A stretch of 28,047 bases of DNA from Octopus sinensis (GCF_006345805.1 NW_021834142.1:1-28047); one strand, 5' to 3'; positions 1 to 11,524 are shown, numbered from the stretch's first letter. Made by a program: numbers and translations. The notes: a model not told the origin generated them from the letters alone.

Positions 1-670
1 AGGAAGATGTTTGTAGGCAATGTGATGGAGAGGACGACGAAGATGTTTGGCAGAGAGAGAAAGAGGAAGAGAGATAGAGAGAATAAAGGGACGTAGATGA
101 TAAGGGGGGAGATTAGAATTGGAGGGGTAAGGAAAGAGAGAGAGGGACAGAAATGAAAGTGAAAATTATGGAGAGAGGTGAAGAAGAAGAGAGAAAGATA
201 TGATGAAGAAGAGTAAGGCTGTAGGAAAAGCAAATATTGGGAGGGGGAGTGAAGAGTAAGGGTGTAGCATGTGATAGAATGAAGTAGCGCATGTATGAGT
301 CTAGGAGAGCAAGAGTTTGAGAGAGATAGAGACAGAGAGAGAGCGGAGAGGTGGAGGCCAAAAGGAAAGGGAATGAGATACGTGTTAGAGTGAAAGATAA
401 GTGTGTGAAGGAGAGTAAGAGGGAGAGGGTTAAATGGAGAGAGAATAAGGAAAAGAGATGAGAGCATGCATTGGAGATGAGGTTACATGAGGATGAAAAG
501 AAGGGTTAAAAGTAAAGAAAGAAAGAAAGCAACAGAAGTGAGAGTAAGGATCTCGAGTGAGGAGGAGAGTAAATGGCGAATGGGAGTTAGGAGAGATAGG
601 AGAAAGAGAGAATGGAAAAACAGGCAGACAGACAGACAGACAAAGAGACAGACAGACAGGCAGACAGACA

Positions 671-707
<37 letters not shown>

Positions 708-1020
708 GAGGAAGGAAGAATGGGAATGTTGAAATGATTGAAGATCGCAGAAAAAGGAATAAGAAGTTTGTTGGAGAAAGAGTTGGTGAGTAGAGGTGGG
801 AGGTAGTTTAAGATGTACGGCGGCAAGTGAGATTAAGTGAGAGTGAACTGGAGGCGCACAGAGGGGAAAAGAGAGAAACTGGGACAGAGAGACAGAGAGA
901 CAGACAGAGAGACAGACAGATGGGGAAGAAGAGAAGATGTAGAGAACAACGGCCTTTGGCCAAGTTGAATAAAACAGAGAAAATCGAAAGAGAATGAGAA
1001 AAACGTGATGCTAGAAATAG
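1..1020. repeat. Purine-rich (GA) low-complexity region containing an (AGAC)n microsatellite at ~624-706
   Basis: Strong A/G bias on the + strand and visible AGAC tandem units; the overlapping ORFs are just translations of this composition. Confidence 0.9.
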
Positions 1021-1208
1021 AGACAAGAGGCGCAGGAGTGGCTGCGTGGTAAGAATCTTGCTTCGCAACCACATGGGTCCGGGTTCAGTCCCACTGTGTG
1101 ACACCTTGGGCAAGTGTCTTCTACAGTAGCTACGGGCCGACCAAAACCTTATGAGTGGAGTTGGTAGACGGAAACTGAAAGAAGCCTGTCGTATATATAT
1201 GTATATAC

Positions 1209-1272
<64 letters not shown>

Positions 1273-1287
1273 GACAGACAGACAGAC

Positions 1288-1329
<42 letters not shown>

Positions 1330-1330
1330 T

Positions 1331-1366
<36 letters not shown>

Positions 1367-1383
1367 CGAGACAGACAGAGAGG

Positions 1384-1459
<76 letters not shown>

Positions 1460-1460
1460 G

Positions 1461-1543
<83 letters not shown>
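1209..1543. repeat. (AGAT)n/(AGAC)n microsatellite
   Basis: Directly visible tetranucleotide array. Confidence 0.97.
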
Positions 1544-1748
1544 AATGGTAAGACAACAAAAGAATGAAAGAGACCTCGATATTATGTAAATAGAGGAATT
1601 TATCTGTAAGTATAATATGTGGCAACTATTCGGTAGCCATGATAAAACTCCGAGTTTCTGATGTCGGGGCGGAAACCCACGCCGCCATCTCTTCAGTTAT
1701 CCGGCCATCGAATTTCGAATAATTGTCACGTATTGTATTTACAGATTT
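1544..1748 (-). mobile_element. Foldback fragment carrying a hammerhead motif, probably Penelope-like (PLE) or retrozyme-derived
   Basis: Arms 1602-1632 and 1716-1746 are inverted repeats (26/31 matches by eye) enclosing a hammerhead fold. The PLE origin is inferred from the known association of short-stem-III type I hammerheads with PLE termini. Confidence 0.5.
1634..1707 (-). ncRNA. Type I hammerhead ribozyme motif (short, near-palindromic stem III)
   Basis: Minus strand: stem I GATAA (1701-1697)/TTATC (1645-1641), extended by TGGCC/GGCTA; core CTGAAGA (1696-1690); stem II GATG..GCGG/CCGC..CATC; GAAA (1658-1655); stem III ACTC-G-GAGT; GUU triplet with predicted cleavage after 1646. One deviation: an extra A (1659) before GAAA. 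Confidence 0.7.
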
Positions 1749-1872
1749 ATATATATATATATATATATATATAATATGCATGTATGTATGTATGTATGTA
1801 TGTATGTATGCATGTATGCATGTATGTATGTATGTATGTATGTATGTATGTATGTATGTATGCATGCATGTA
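1748..1872. repeat. (TA)n + (TGTA)n microsatellite
   Basis: Directly visible. Confidence 0.97.
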
Positions 1873-3127
1873 TTTGTGTGTCTGTATTTGTCAACCCACC
1901 ATCGCTTGCAACCGATCTTGGTGTGTTTACGTCCCTGTAACCTAGCGGTTCAGCAAAAGACACCGATAAAATAAGTATTTGGCCTACGAAAAGCAAGTCC
2001 TGGGGTCGATTGCTTGACTAAAAGCGGTGCTCCAGCATGGTCGCCGTCAAATGACTGAAACAAGTGAAAGAATAAAAGAATAAAAGAAAATAAGAGGAAG
2101 AAATGAAGAGAAGGAGAGCAAGTGTGTGTCACGTAGAACAAAACTGGAAAGAAGAAATTAAGGTGAAGATAGAGGATGAGAGAAAATAGGAGAGCAATCG
2201 GGGATTAAGGAGAGATTAGCACTAAACAGTCGGACCGAGTGGATATTAAGGCTGGAAGAGCAAAGCTGAGTGATGTAGACAAAAAAGTCGAAAAATGATG
2301 GAGAGCTAGGGAAGGATATGAAGTGAGAGTAAAAGAGTGAGAGAGAGGGAGGGTGAGAGAAAGGGAGAGGAAGGACGTTTGATTGGGAAAATGCAAACCT
2401 CAAGGAGAAAATGAAGAGAATGATTGAAAGAGAAAGTCATTGAAGCGAGGAAGGTGAAAGGGTGATATTGAAAGTGGAAAGGAAAAGGAGATAGAATTAA
2501 AGGAGAGCCGAAGAAGCACAGGAGAGCCAAGGAGGCGAGGAAGGAGAGCGGAGGATATCGAAAGTGAAAGTAAATAACAGTGAGGTGTGTGTTTGAGTGT
2601 TTGTGTCGCTGTGTATGTGCATACGTGTGTGTGTGGTGTGTGTGTGTGTGTGTTTGTGTTTGTATGTGTGTGTGTGTGTTTGTGTTTGTGTGTGTGCGTG
2701 CGTGCGTATGCGTGCGTGTAGTAAGTAGTAAGATTAACAAGCATTGAGAGGTATTTTTTTATAGATAGAAGAACCAAGTCTGTTGATCAGTAACCGCTGC
2801 CTTGATTTCATTTTAATACAACAAATGGTAAATATTGATTTATTTTTATCTCAACATTGGCCAACAAACAAATATTGAACACTAAGCAATCTGCTAGTTC
2901 TCCCCCTCCCTTTTCATGCTTTGCAATCTTCCACCACCACCACCGCCCTTTTTTTCTACCTTCTCTCTTTCTTTCTTTCACTCTTTCCATTTTTCTAACT
3001 ATATTTCCTTCCTTGTTTCTTTCTTCTTTGCTTTTTTCTCTATTTCATTGTTCCAAATAAATCAGTTGTCATTGTGAACATTCGAGAAGGATGCGGAGGA
3101 TATGGAAGAGGAAGAGGAGAGAACGAA

Positions 3128-3140
3128 CATATACATATAT

Positions 3141-3174
<34 letters not shown>

Positions 3175-3384
3175 ACATACATACACATATATATATATAG
3201 ACATATATCCATATACATATATACATATATATTCATATATACATATATATAAAATATTCATATATTCATATATACATATTATACATATATATTTATATAT
3301 ACGTTTGTGTGTGTGTATATATATATATATATATACATATAATATATATACTATATAAACACATACATATATACATATATATTT

Positions 3385-3440
<56 letters not shown>
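3128..3440. repeat. Degenerate (TA)n/(TACA)n microsatellite
   Basis: Directly visible. Confidence 0.95.
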
Positions 3441-3442
<2 letters not shown>

Positions 3443-3946
3443 TTTTCAAAAGGGGGGGAGAGGCAAGAAAGGAATACGTAAATATTCCTTCCGTTCTTTC
3501 TTTCATCCTTCTTTTAGATACCTTTTCCACTTTTTTCTGCCTGCCTCCCTTTTTTTCTCCCTCCCCCCACCCCCACCTCCTCCTCCCCAACATTTTTTCC
3601 ACCCCCAACCCACCTCCCTACAATATTATAACCAATACCGTCATCTAATTTATCTGGAAATTTCTTTGGTATAACTGAAAGCCAATATATACAGTTTTCT
3701 TTTTTTTTGGTTTATTTAGACATAGTCAACTCTGACATAACAAATAATATCGCTACAATCTTAGGCCGCTCTCCGCTTCTTAAACATTTCTTATTTCCAA
3801 GATGTTTTTAAAGCTAACTTATCACGTCTGACCAACTTGTCGTTGTTGTTGTAGTTGTTGTTGTTGTTGTTGTCGATGTTCTTGTCTCTGTTATCGTTAG
3901 TATGCTGTTTATTTTCTTTACCTTTTTTCTCTTTTCTCTTTTACAG

Positions 3947-4071
3947 AAACCAATACCAAGATTCCATTACCAAATGACTATTCAGTTTTGCTTGAGGGCA
4001 GAACAAAGAGAAAAATGATTTTGAGACATGCAAACAACAAAACTATTATTTATGTTGTCCGAGCTTTTTAA
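3947..4071 (+). other. Candidate terminal coding exon (unverified): TNTKIPLPNDYSVLLEGRTKRKMILRHANNKTIIYVVRAF*
   Basis: Strong polypyrimidine tract plus TACAG acceptor (3911-3946), then 40 open codons to TAA 4069-4071. No recognisable homology, and a competing open frame lies on the opposite strand. Confidence 0.2.
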
Positions 4072-4279
4072 CAATAACTTAATCGATAAACAACATAGCC
4101 AAAGCCGGTTAATTCGTTTAAAAACTGCTGGACTGAAATATATTCTTTCTTCATCCACCCCCGAGGGTGTACGCTTATCTAAACCGTGTATTTGGTCTTT
4201 AACCGTTTCAATGCTGCGCTGCCAATCAACAATAGCTTGCAGAAGCGAATTCGCTGTTGGAATTTAAGCTCTTTCTGTC

Positions 4280-4575
4280 GTTGTTGTTGTTGTTGTTATT
4301 GGTGGTGGTGGTGGTGGTGTGGTGGTGATGGTGGTGGTGGTGGTGGTGGTGTGGTGGTGGTGGTGGGGTGGTGATGGTGGTGGTGATGGTGGTGGTGATG
4401 GTGGTGGCGGCGCTGGTGGTGATTGTGGTACTGATGGCGGTATTGGTGGTAGTAGCTGTTGTTGTTGTTGGTGGTGGTGGTGGTGGTGGTGGTGGTGGTG
4501 GTGGTGGTGGTGGTGGTTGTGGTGGTTGGTAATGACGGTGGTGGTACTGGTGGTGCTGGTGCTAGTGGTAGTGGT
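4280..4575. repeat. (GTT)n/(GGT)n trinucleotide low-complexity tract
   Basis: Directly visible. Confidence 0.93.
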
Positions 4576-4755
4576 TTTAATGTGGTTTAACATTTAATGT
4601 GGTTTTAGTGTCAAGTTTTGGCTGCTATTTCCAGCGTGGTGGTATCTCTCAGATACCCTAAATTATAATTTTAATAATCAATTAATACCTTTGTAGGTTT
4701 TTATTCCCATGCTGGCCACTGATAAGATCAATATTTAAATTAACGATCTAATCCT

Positions 4756-4859
<104 letters not shown>

Positions 4860-5247
4860 TAGCTACGTACGTATGTACATACCTATGTATTTATGTATGT
4901 ATTTATGTATACATGCGTGTATGCATTTATGTCTGTGCGTGTGTACTTGTGACTAGCTTACAGAGCTAATCCTACTTAATTCCTTGGCAAGCCCCTTTGG
5001 TAAACATATTAACATCCAGTTGTAAACATCATGGAAACAATACCAAGATTGTAAGCTTGTCATCAATGAAATTACACACCCTGCTCATTCGAGGCCTGTG
5101 AATGACTTTATTTTGTGTATGGTTTCTTTGTTCTAAAGTGCAAAACACAGAGCTATGTGTGTGTGTGTTTGTGTGTGTATATGTTATGTATATACATAAA
5201 CATTCACATACACACACGGACACGCGGACACACATTATACATATTGG

Positions 5248-5460
5248 TTTAAAATTCTGATACAATACCAGTAATTTCAAGGGAAGTGGTAAGCCGATTA
5301 CATTGACCCCAGTATCCAACTGGTTCTTATTTTGTGGTCCCCGAAACGATGAAAGGCACAGTCGACCTCGGAGGAGTTTGGGCTCAGAACATAAAGACGG
5401 ATGAAAAACCGTTAAGTATTTCGCCCAGCTTGCTAACGATTCTGCCAGCTCGCTGCCTTA
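5248..5460 (-). mobile_element. SINE family B (tRNA-like head + conserved central domain), diverged full-length copy
   Basis: The reverse complement starts TAAGGCAGCGAGCTGGCAGAATCGTTAGCAAGC and contains the GTCGACTGTGCCTTTCATC central block shared with the other family B copies. Confidence 0.8.
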
Positions 5461-6119
5461 TGTATATCACATACATATTGATAAACGTAAATACGTACAT
5501 ATCTATTATCTATATGTGTGTGTGAGGGAGAGAGAGAGAGTGAGAGAATGAGTGTATATATACACACAACACACACATATACACACGCACACACAAACAT
5601 GTATATATAAATAGGTTTTGCGTATGTGAATCGCAGGGTTTGTCGTATATGGAACCTCCACTTGTAGAAAATGGAAATAAACAGTCTTTGACTGCCATTT
5701 CTAATTCCTTCGGTATGCGGCGGAGCAACCTGTTGCCTGCCCTTTTAATTATATATTTATATATATAGATAGATATATAGATATAGATATATATGTATGT
5801 ATGTATATATGTATGTATGTATGTATGTATGCATGCATGCATGTATGTATGTATGTATGTATGTATGTATGTATGTATGTATGTATGTGTGTGTGTATGT
5901 ATGTATGTATATGTATATATACACACATGTGTGTGCGTAGATGGATAGACAGACAGACAGACAGATATAAGTAAACAAACACAAGTACATATATGTACAG
6001 AAATATACACGCACGCACATACATAAACGCATGCATTACATATACACACATACATACTTATATCTTTGTTTACATTTCTATGAGATGAAGGCTAGATAAA
6101 TGGGATAGGTGTATGTATT

Positions 6120-6192
<73 letters not shown>

Positions 6193-6392
6193 CATATACA
6201 TATATACATGTATATACATAAGTATATATATGCATATATATGTATATATATGTTTATATACATACATATATACATACATATGTATATATATATATATACA
6301 TATATATATACATATACATATATATATATACATACATATGTATATATATATATACATATATATATATACATATACATATATATATATGTATA

Positions 6393-6758
6393 TACTCTTT
6401 TACTTTTTTCAGTCATTTGACTGCTGCCATGCTGGAGCACCACCTTTAGTCGAGCAAATTGCCCCCCAAGATATATTCTTTTGCCGAACCACTAAGTTAC
6501 GGGGTACGTAAACACACCAGCATCGGTTGTCATGCGATGTTGGTGGGGGGGTACAAACATACACACACACACATATATACACATATACATATATACGACG
6601 GGCTTCTTTCAGTTTCCGCCTACCAAATTCACTCACAAGGCTTTGGTCGGTCCGAGGCAACAGTAGAAGACACTTGCCCAAGGTGCCACGCAGTGGACTG
6701 AACCCCGAACCATGTGGTTGGTAAGGAAGCTACTCACCACACAACCACTCCTACGCCT
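6393..6758 (-). mobile_element. SINE family A copy with internal deletion (first of tandem pair)
   Basis: Reverse complement of the 1028 and 19915 copies; lacks the TGTAAGCCTAGTACTTATTCTATC.. segment between two TCTT motifs. Confidence 0.88.
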
Positions 6759-6846
6759 ATGTGTATATATATATATATATATATATACATATATATATAC
6801 ATATACATATATATATATACATACATATGTATATATATATATATAA

Positions 6847-6880
<34 letters not shown>

Positions 6881-6882
<2 letters not shown>

Positions 6883-7247
6883 CTCTTTTACTTTTTTCAG
6901 TCATTTGACTGCTGCCATGCTGGAGCACCACCTTTAGTCGAGCAAATTGCCCCCCAAGATATATTCTTTTGCCGAACCACTAAGTTACGGGGTACGTAAA
7001 CACACCAGCATCGGTTGTCATGCGATGTTGGTGGGGGGGTACAAACATACACACACACACATATATACACATATACATATATACGACGGGCTTCTTTCAG
7101 TTTCCGTCTACCAAATTCACTCACAAGGCTTTGGTCGGTCCGAGGCAACAGTAGAAGACACTTGCCCAAGGTGCCACGCAGTGGGACTGAACCCCGAACC
7201 ATGTGGTTGGTAAGGAAGCTACTCACCACACAACCACTCCTACGCCT
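6881..7247 (-). mobile_element. SINE family A copy (second of tandem pair, 488-bp offset)
   Basis: Near-identical to 6393-6758, including the same deletion. Confidence 0.88.
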
Positions 7248-7730
7248 ATGTGTATATATATATATATATGTATGGATGTATGTATGTATGTATGTATGTA
7301 TGTATGTATGCATGCATGCATGTATGTATGTATGTATGTATGCATGTATGTATGTGTGTATGTATGTATGTATGTATATATGTATGTATGTATGTATGTA
7401 AGTATGTATGTATGTATGTATGTATGGATGTATGTATGGATGTATGTGTGTATGTATGTATGTATGTATGTATGGAGTGTGTGTATAGTACATACAAGAT
7501 GCACTATACACGCGTCAAGTGACTTATTAATTCCAAAAACAAATATTACGGCGTGTAGAAGGCCTTTCGTACGGACTACGACTGAATCGGAAGTGAGACA
7601 CATACTAAACCGGATGCAGTTCTTCAAATGAATTAGATTTCAGCTCTTGTAGTCTCCTGGTCACAATATGGTTTACTGTTATCGTTGTAGATACGGTGGT
7701 GGTGGTGGTGGTGGTGGTGGTGGTGGTGGT

Positions 7731-8455
7731 GGTTGTGGTAGTTATGGTGGTTGGGGAGAAGGAGGAGGAGGAGAAAGTAGTGGTGGCGTTGGCGTTGATA
7801 GTTGTGTTAGTGAAATGGTAGCCATAGTGGCAGTGGCGATGGTGGTGATGGTGGTTGGTAATGGTTGTGGTGGTAGCGGTGGAGGTTTTAGTGGTGGTGG
7901 TGGTGGTGGCAGGGCTGCTGGTGCTGGTGCTGGTGCTGCTGGCGATGGTGATTGTGCTGGTGGTGATGATAATGGTGCTAGTGTAAAAGTGGTGGACTTG
8001 GTGAGCGTGACTGTATTCCTTAAGATAGTGACAGTGATACCAACGCCGGCGGCGGCAGCGGCGGCAATAATGGTTTTGATGGTAGTGATACTGGTGGTGG
8101 GACTGGTGGCGGCGGCGGCGGCGGCGATGGTTTTTGTGGTGGTTGTGATGATGGTGGTGGTAGTGATGGTTGTGGTGGTGGTGATGGTTGTAGTGGCTGT
8201 AGTCATGTTGCCAACTTCCAAGATAGCGTTGCTACTCTCTTCGCATTGAACCAACATAATGAACACTAGTAATGATTTGGGTGGTGGTAGTGGTAGTAGT
8301 TAGAGGAACATGACGGGTTAGGGTGGGAGAAATGGTGGTCAGTTGATTGGGTGGGGGTGTTACGGCGCGTAGTTTGAAAAGAGATGGGGGTTAATGATAT
8401 TATTGATGGTAATGACAGCGTGCATTAATTATGTTAAGATTGGAGACGGCAATAG

Positions 8456-8493
<38 letters not shown>

Positions 8494-8497
8494 GTGG

Positions 8498-8532
<35 letters not shown>

Positions 8533-9361
8533 GTGTGGTGGTGGTGGTGGTGGTGGTGGTGGTGTGGTGGTGGTGGTGTGGTGGTGGTGGTGGTGGTGGG
8601 GTGTGGTGGTGGTGGTGGTTGGTGGTGGTTGTGGTAGTTATGGTGGTTGGGGAGAAGGAGGAGGAGGAGGAGAAAGTAGTGGTGGCGTTGGCGTTGATAG
8701 TTGTGTTAGTGAATGGTAGCCATAGTGGCAGTGGCGATGGTGGTGATGGTGGTTGGTAATGGTTGTGGTGGTAGCGGTGGAGGTTTTAGTGGTGGTGGTG
8801 GTGGTGGCAGGCTGCTGGTGCTGGTGCTGGTGCTGCTGGCGATGGTGATTGTGCTGGTGGTGATGATAATGGTGCTAGTGTAAAAGTGGTGGACTTGGTG
8901 AGCGTGACTGTATTCCTTAAGATAGTGACAGTGATACCAACGCCGGCGGCGGCAGCGGCGGCAATAATGGTTTTGATGGTAGTGATACTGGTGGTGGGAC
9001 TGGTGGCGGCGGCGGCGGCGGCGGCGATGGTTTTTGTGGTGGTTGTGATGATGGTGGTGGTAGTGATGGTTGTGGTGGTGGTGGTGATGGTTGTAGTGGC
9101 TGTAGTCATGTTGCCAACTTCCAGATAGCGTTGCTACTCTCTTCGCATTGAACCAACATAATGAACACTAGTAATGATTTGGGTGGTGGTAGTAGTAGTG
9201 GTAGTAGTTAGAGGACATGACGGTTAGGGTGGGAGAAATGGTGGTCAGTTGATTGGGTGGGGGTGTTACGGCGCGTAGTTTGAAAAGAGATGGGGGTTAA
9301 TGATATTATTGATGGTAATGACAGCGTGCATTAATTATGTTAAGATTGGAGACGGCAATAG

Positions 9362-9399
<38 letters not shown>

Positions 9400-9403
9400 G
9401 TGG

Positions 9404-9452
<49 letters not shown>

Positions 9453-9540
9453 GGTGGTGGTGGTGGTGGTGGTGGTGGTGGTGGTGGCGATGGTGGTGGT
9501 GGTGGTGGTGGTGGTGGACGATGGTGGTGGTGGTGGTGGT
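7731..9540. repeat. ~900-bp direct tandem duplication of (GGT/GAT)-rich low-complexity DNA
   Basis: GGTTGTGGTAGTTATGG at 7731 and 8627; GGAGACGGCAATAGTG at 8442 and 9348; the unique segments in between match. Confidence 0.92.
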
Positions 9541-9743
9541 GGTAGTGGTGGTGGTGGTGATGGTGGTGGTGGTGGTGGTGGTGGTGGTGATGATGATGAT
9601 GATGATGATGATGACAATGGTGATGTGGTTGTGGTGATGGTGATGATGGTGATGATGGTGATGATGATGATGACGATGGTGATGTGCTCGTAATGATGAT
9701 GATGATGTTGACGATGGTGATGTGGTCGTGATGATGATGGTGG

Positions 9744-9803
<60 letters not shown>

Positions 9804-10274
9804 CGATGGTGATGTGGTTGTGGTGATGATGGTGATGATGGTGGTGATGATGATGATGAAGATGGGGCGAAGAGAAGAAAAATATGGCGAGAAAGGTATC
9901 TCTCCTCGACATCTTGACAAAATAAGACAACGGTAGAATTCTATGTACTGCCCAATAATGGATTTTAATTAAAGCCCTATGAGTTTGCAGTCTAATATGC
10001 TGTGGCCTTGCTTGCTTGACCCCACCACTCCCTTTCAACCGTAACTGTTGTTAGGTTGTTTGGACTTAAAACGTGGCTGTTTTCCATGAAATTGTTGCAG
10101 CGAAAAGCAGTCGTTATGTTGTCGAAAATGATTTCAGGTAATCATTCGTTCCAGTTCTTTTTATTCTGGGTACGAATCCTGTTTTTGGAATCAAAAAAAT
10201 TCCACTCCATGGACGGTACTGTAAAGAGCGTCATACTAGGTGCCTTGTGGTAGTATTTGTTTCCGACACCTTAC

Positions 10275-10364
10275 GTTCTGACGACAACGCCTGCCACGGC
10301 CGTAATGCTTAGTTGAACAGCGTGTTCAGCACCTGTTGCTTCATTGGAAATAATGAAAACGTTT
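10275..10364 (-). other. Candidate 90-bp internal exon, phase 2-2 (NVFIISNEATGAEHAVQLSITAVAGVVVR)
   Basis: Pyrimidine tract plus CCAG acceptor, open frame, AC|GTAAGG donor. No homology recognised. Confidence 0.25.
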
Positions 10365-10462
10365 CTGGAACACGATCATCAGAAAATGGCAAAAGAGAAA
10401 AATTGATAGTTTTGAAAGAGCTCGTGTGTTTATACTTTTATACAGCGGCGTTCCTCAAGAAT

Positions 10463-10827
10463 CATCATCATCATCATTGTTCGACCGTGGTCGAGACAAT
10501 GGAATTTACTATGTTACGCCAGACTTCACGGTCCATCATAGCATTACGAAGGTCCTGTTGCTGGATGCCTGTATCCCTGGAGATTACATCAGGGTAGGAG
10601 AGTGTGCGCCCTCTGGTATTGCGAGTAGATGGCTTCCAGAGGAGAAGAGTAGAAATTACTTCTTTTTCAGCTCTACAACAATGTCCAGCAAACTGGACTC
10701 TCCTACCTTTCACAAGAGATGACACAGGTGGTAGTTTCCCATATATTTGCATTTTGGTTGGATGGCGCTTCCACGAGAGATTTTGAGCTCTCATAAGGAG
10801 GCGAGTATAGGTTCCATCCAACCGCCT
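10463..10827 (-). mobile_element. 5'-truncated RTE-clade LINE (C-terminus of RT ORF + (TGA)n tail)
   Basis: Translation RRLDGTYTRLLMRAQNLSW..RRVQFAGHCCR..LLWKP..GRTLSYPDVISRDTG..AMMDREVWR matches the typical RTE C-terminal pattern. (TGA)n tail follows the stop; 9-bp direct repeat CTCAAGAAT at 10454-10462 and 10828-10836. Confidence 0.88.
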
Positions 10828-11471
10828 CTCAAGAATAAATTCACCCTATATATGTGATGGCTTCTATTTTAATCAATATTTGTTTGTTTTCTTCTGTTTC
10901 CCCCTCCCCCCGCCTTTCAAGATGGTTATACTTCTCACAGAACTCATCGTATTGTATTTAAGATACTATGTATTTCTAAGATGAATTATTGCTTTCCAAG
11001 ATGGAGAACTTGGCATCATTGAACTGGAGCTGTTCTTCAACTACAGAGCCAATACCTTGCTTTGGTTATTGCTTCGATTAAGATCTTAAGCGAGCTAAAA
11101 GTGGGATCTAAATATCAAAAAAAGAAAAAGACCGGGTAGGGAAGGAATAGAAAGAAAAAAAAACATTGAATTAAAAGGAGAATGTAAAGAAATAGTTTCT
11201 CCAAAAGAAAGCCAAATTTTCATGTAAGAGATGTAATTCTGTCACAGTTACTACCTTTTACAGAGGGATCCCCACTTAATTCGGGAAAGCGTCACGCTAC
11301 ATAATTTATACATTTAATTTCCGTCTAATTCACCATTAACATTCCTAAGAAATAGATTATTTCTTCTCTGAAGTTTTATATTAAGCAAAATCCCTGCATG
11401 AATGAATCTTACAGCAATTCACACAAGATGGATGACATTTAGAACGGAAGAATTTTCTCTCCCTTTTCTCA

Positions 11472-11474
<3 letters not shown>

Positions 11475-11521
<47 letters not shown>
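11475..11521. repeat. (CT)n microsatellite
   Basis: Directly visible. Confidence 0.97.

Positions 11522-11524
<3 letters not shown>

Larger units (their letters stand above)
1028..2088 (+). mobile_element. tRNA-derived SINE family A (bipartite, central microsatellite); full-length copy with expanded, interrupted centre
   Basis: Head with Pol III box A-like TGGCTGCGTGG (1039-1049) and box B-like GGGTTCAGTCCC (1081-1092). Body ends ...GGAAACTGAAAGAAGCCTGTCG-(TA)n. 3' half ~1875-2088 ends in an (AAAAGAAT)-type tail. The same architecture recurs at 6393, 6881, 19915, 24413 and 25732. Assignment to a named Octopus family (OK/OR1/OR2) needs a Repbase/Dfam search. Confidence 0.85.

Noticed and set aside
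1028-1100. tRNA-like heads of SINE families A, B and C as tRNA genes
   Set aside because: They have box A/B-like motifs but no complete cloverleaf that I can fold, and each continues into a SINE body.
7668-8266. 193-aa (+) and 174-aa (-) Gly/Val- or Thr/Ala/Pro-rich mucin-like ORFs
   Set aside because: Built from GGT/GGC/GAT triplets, broken by 1-bp indels in the duplicate copy, and without splice or homology support.
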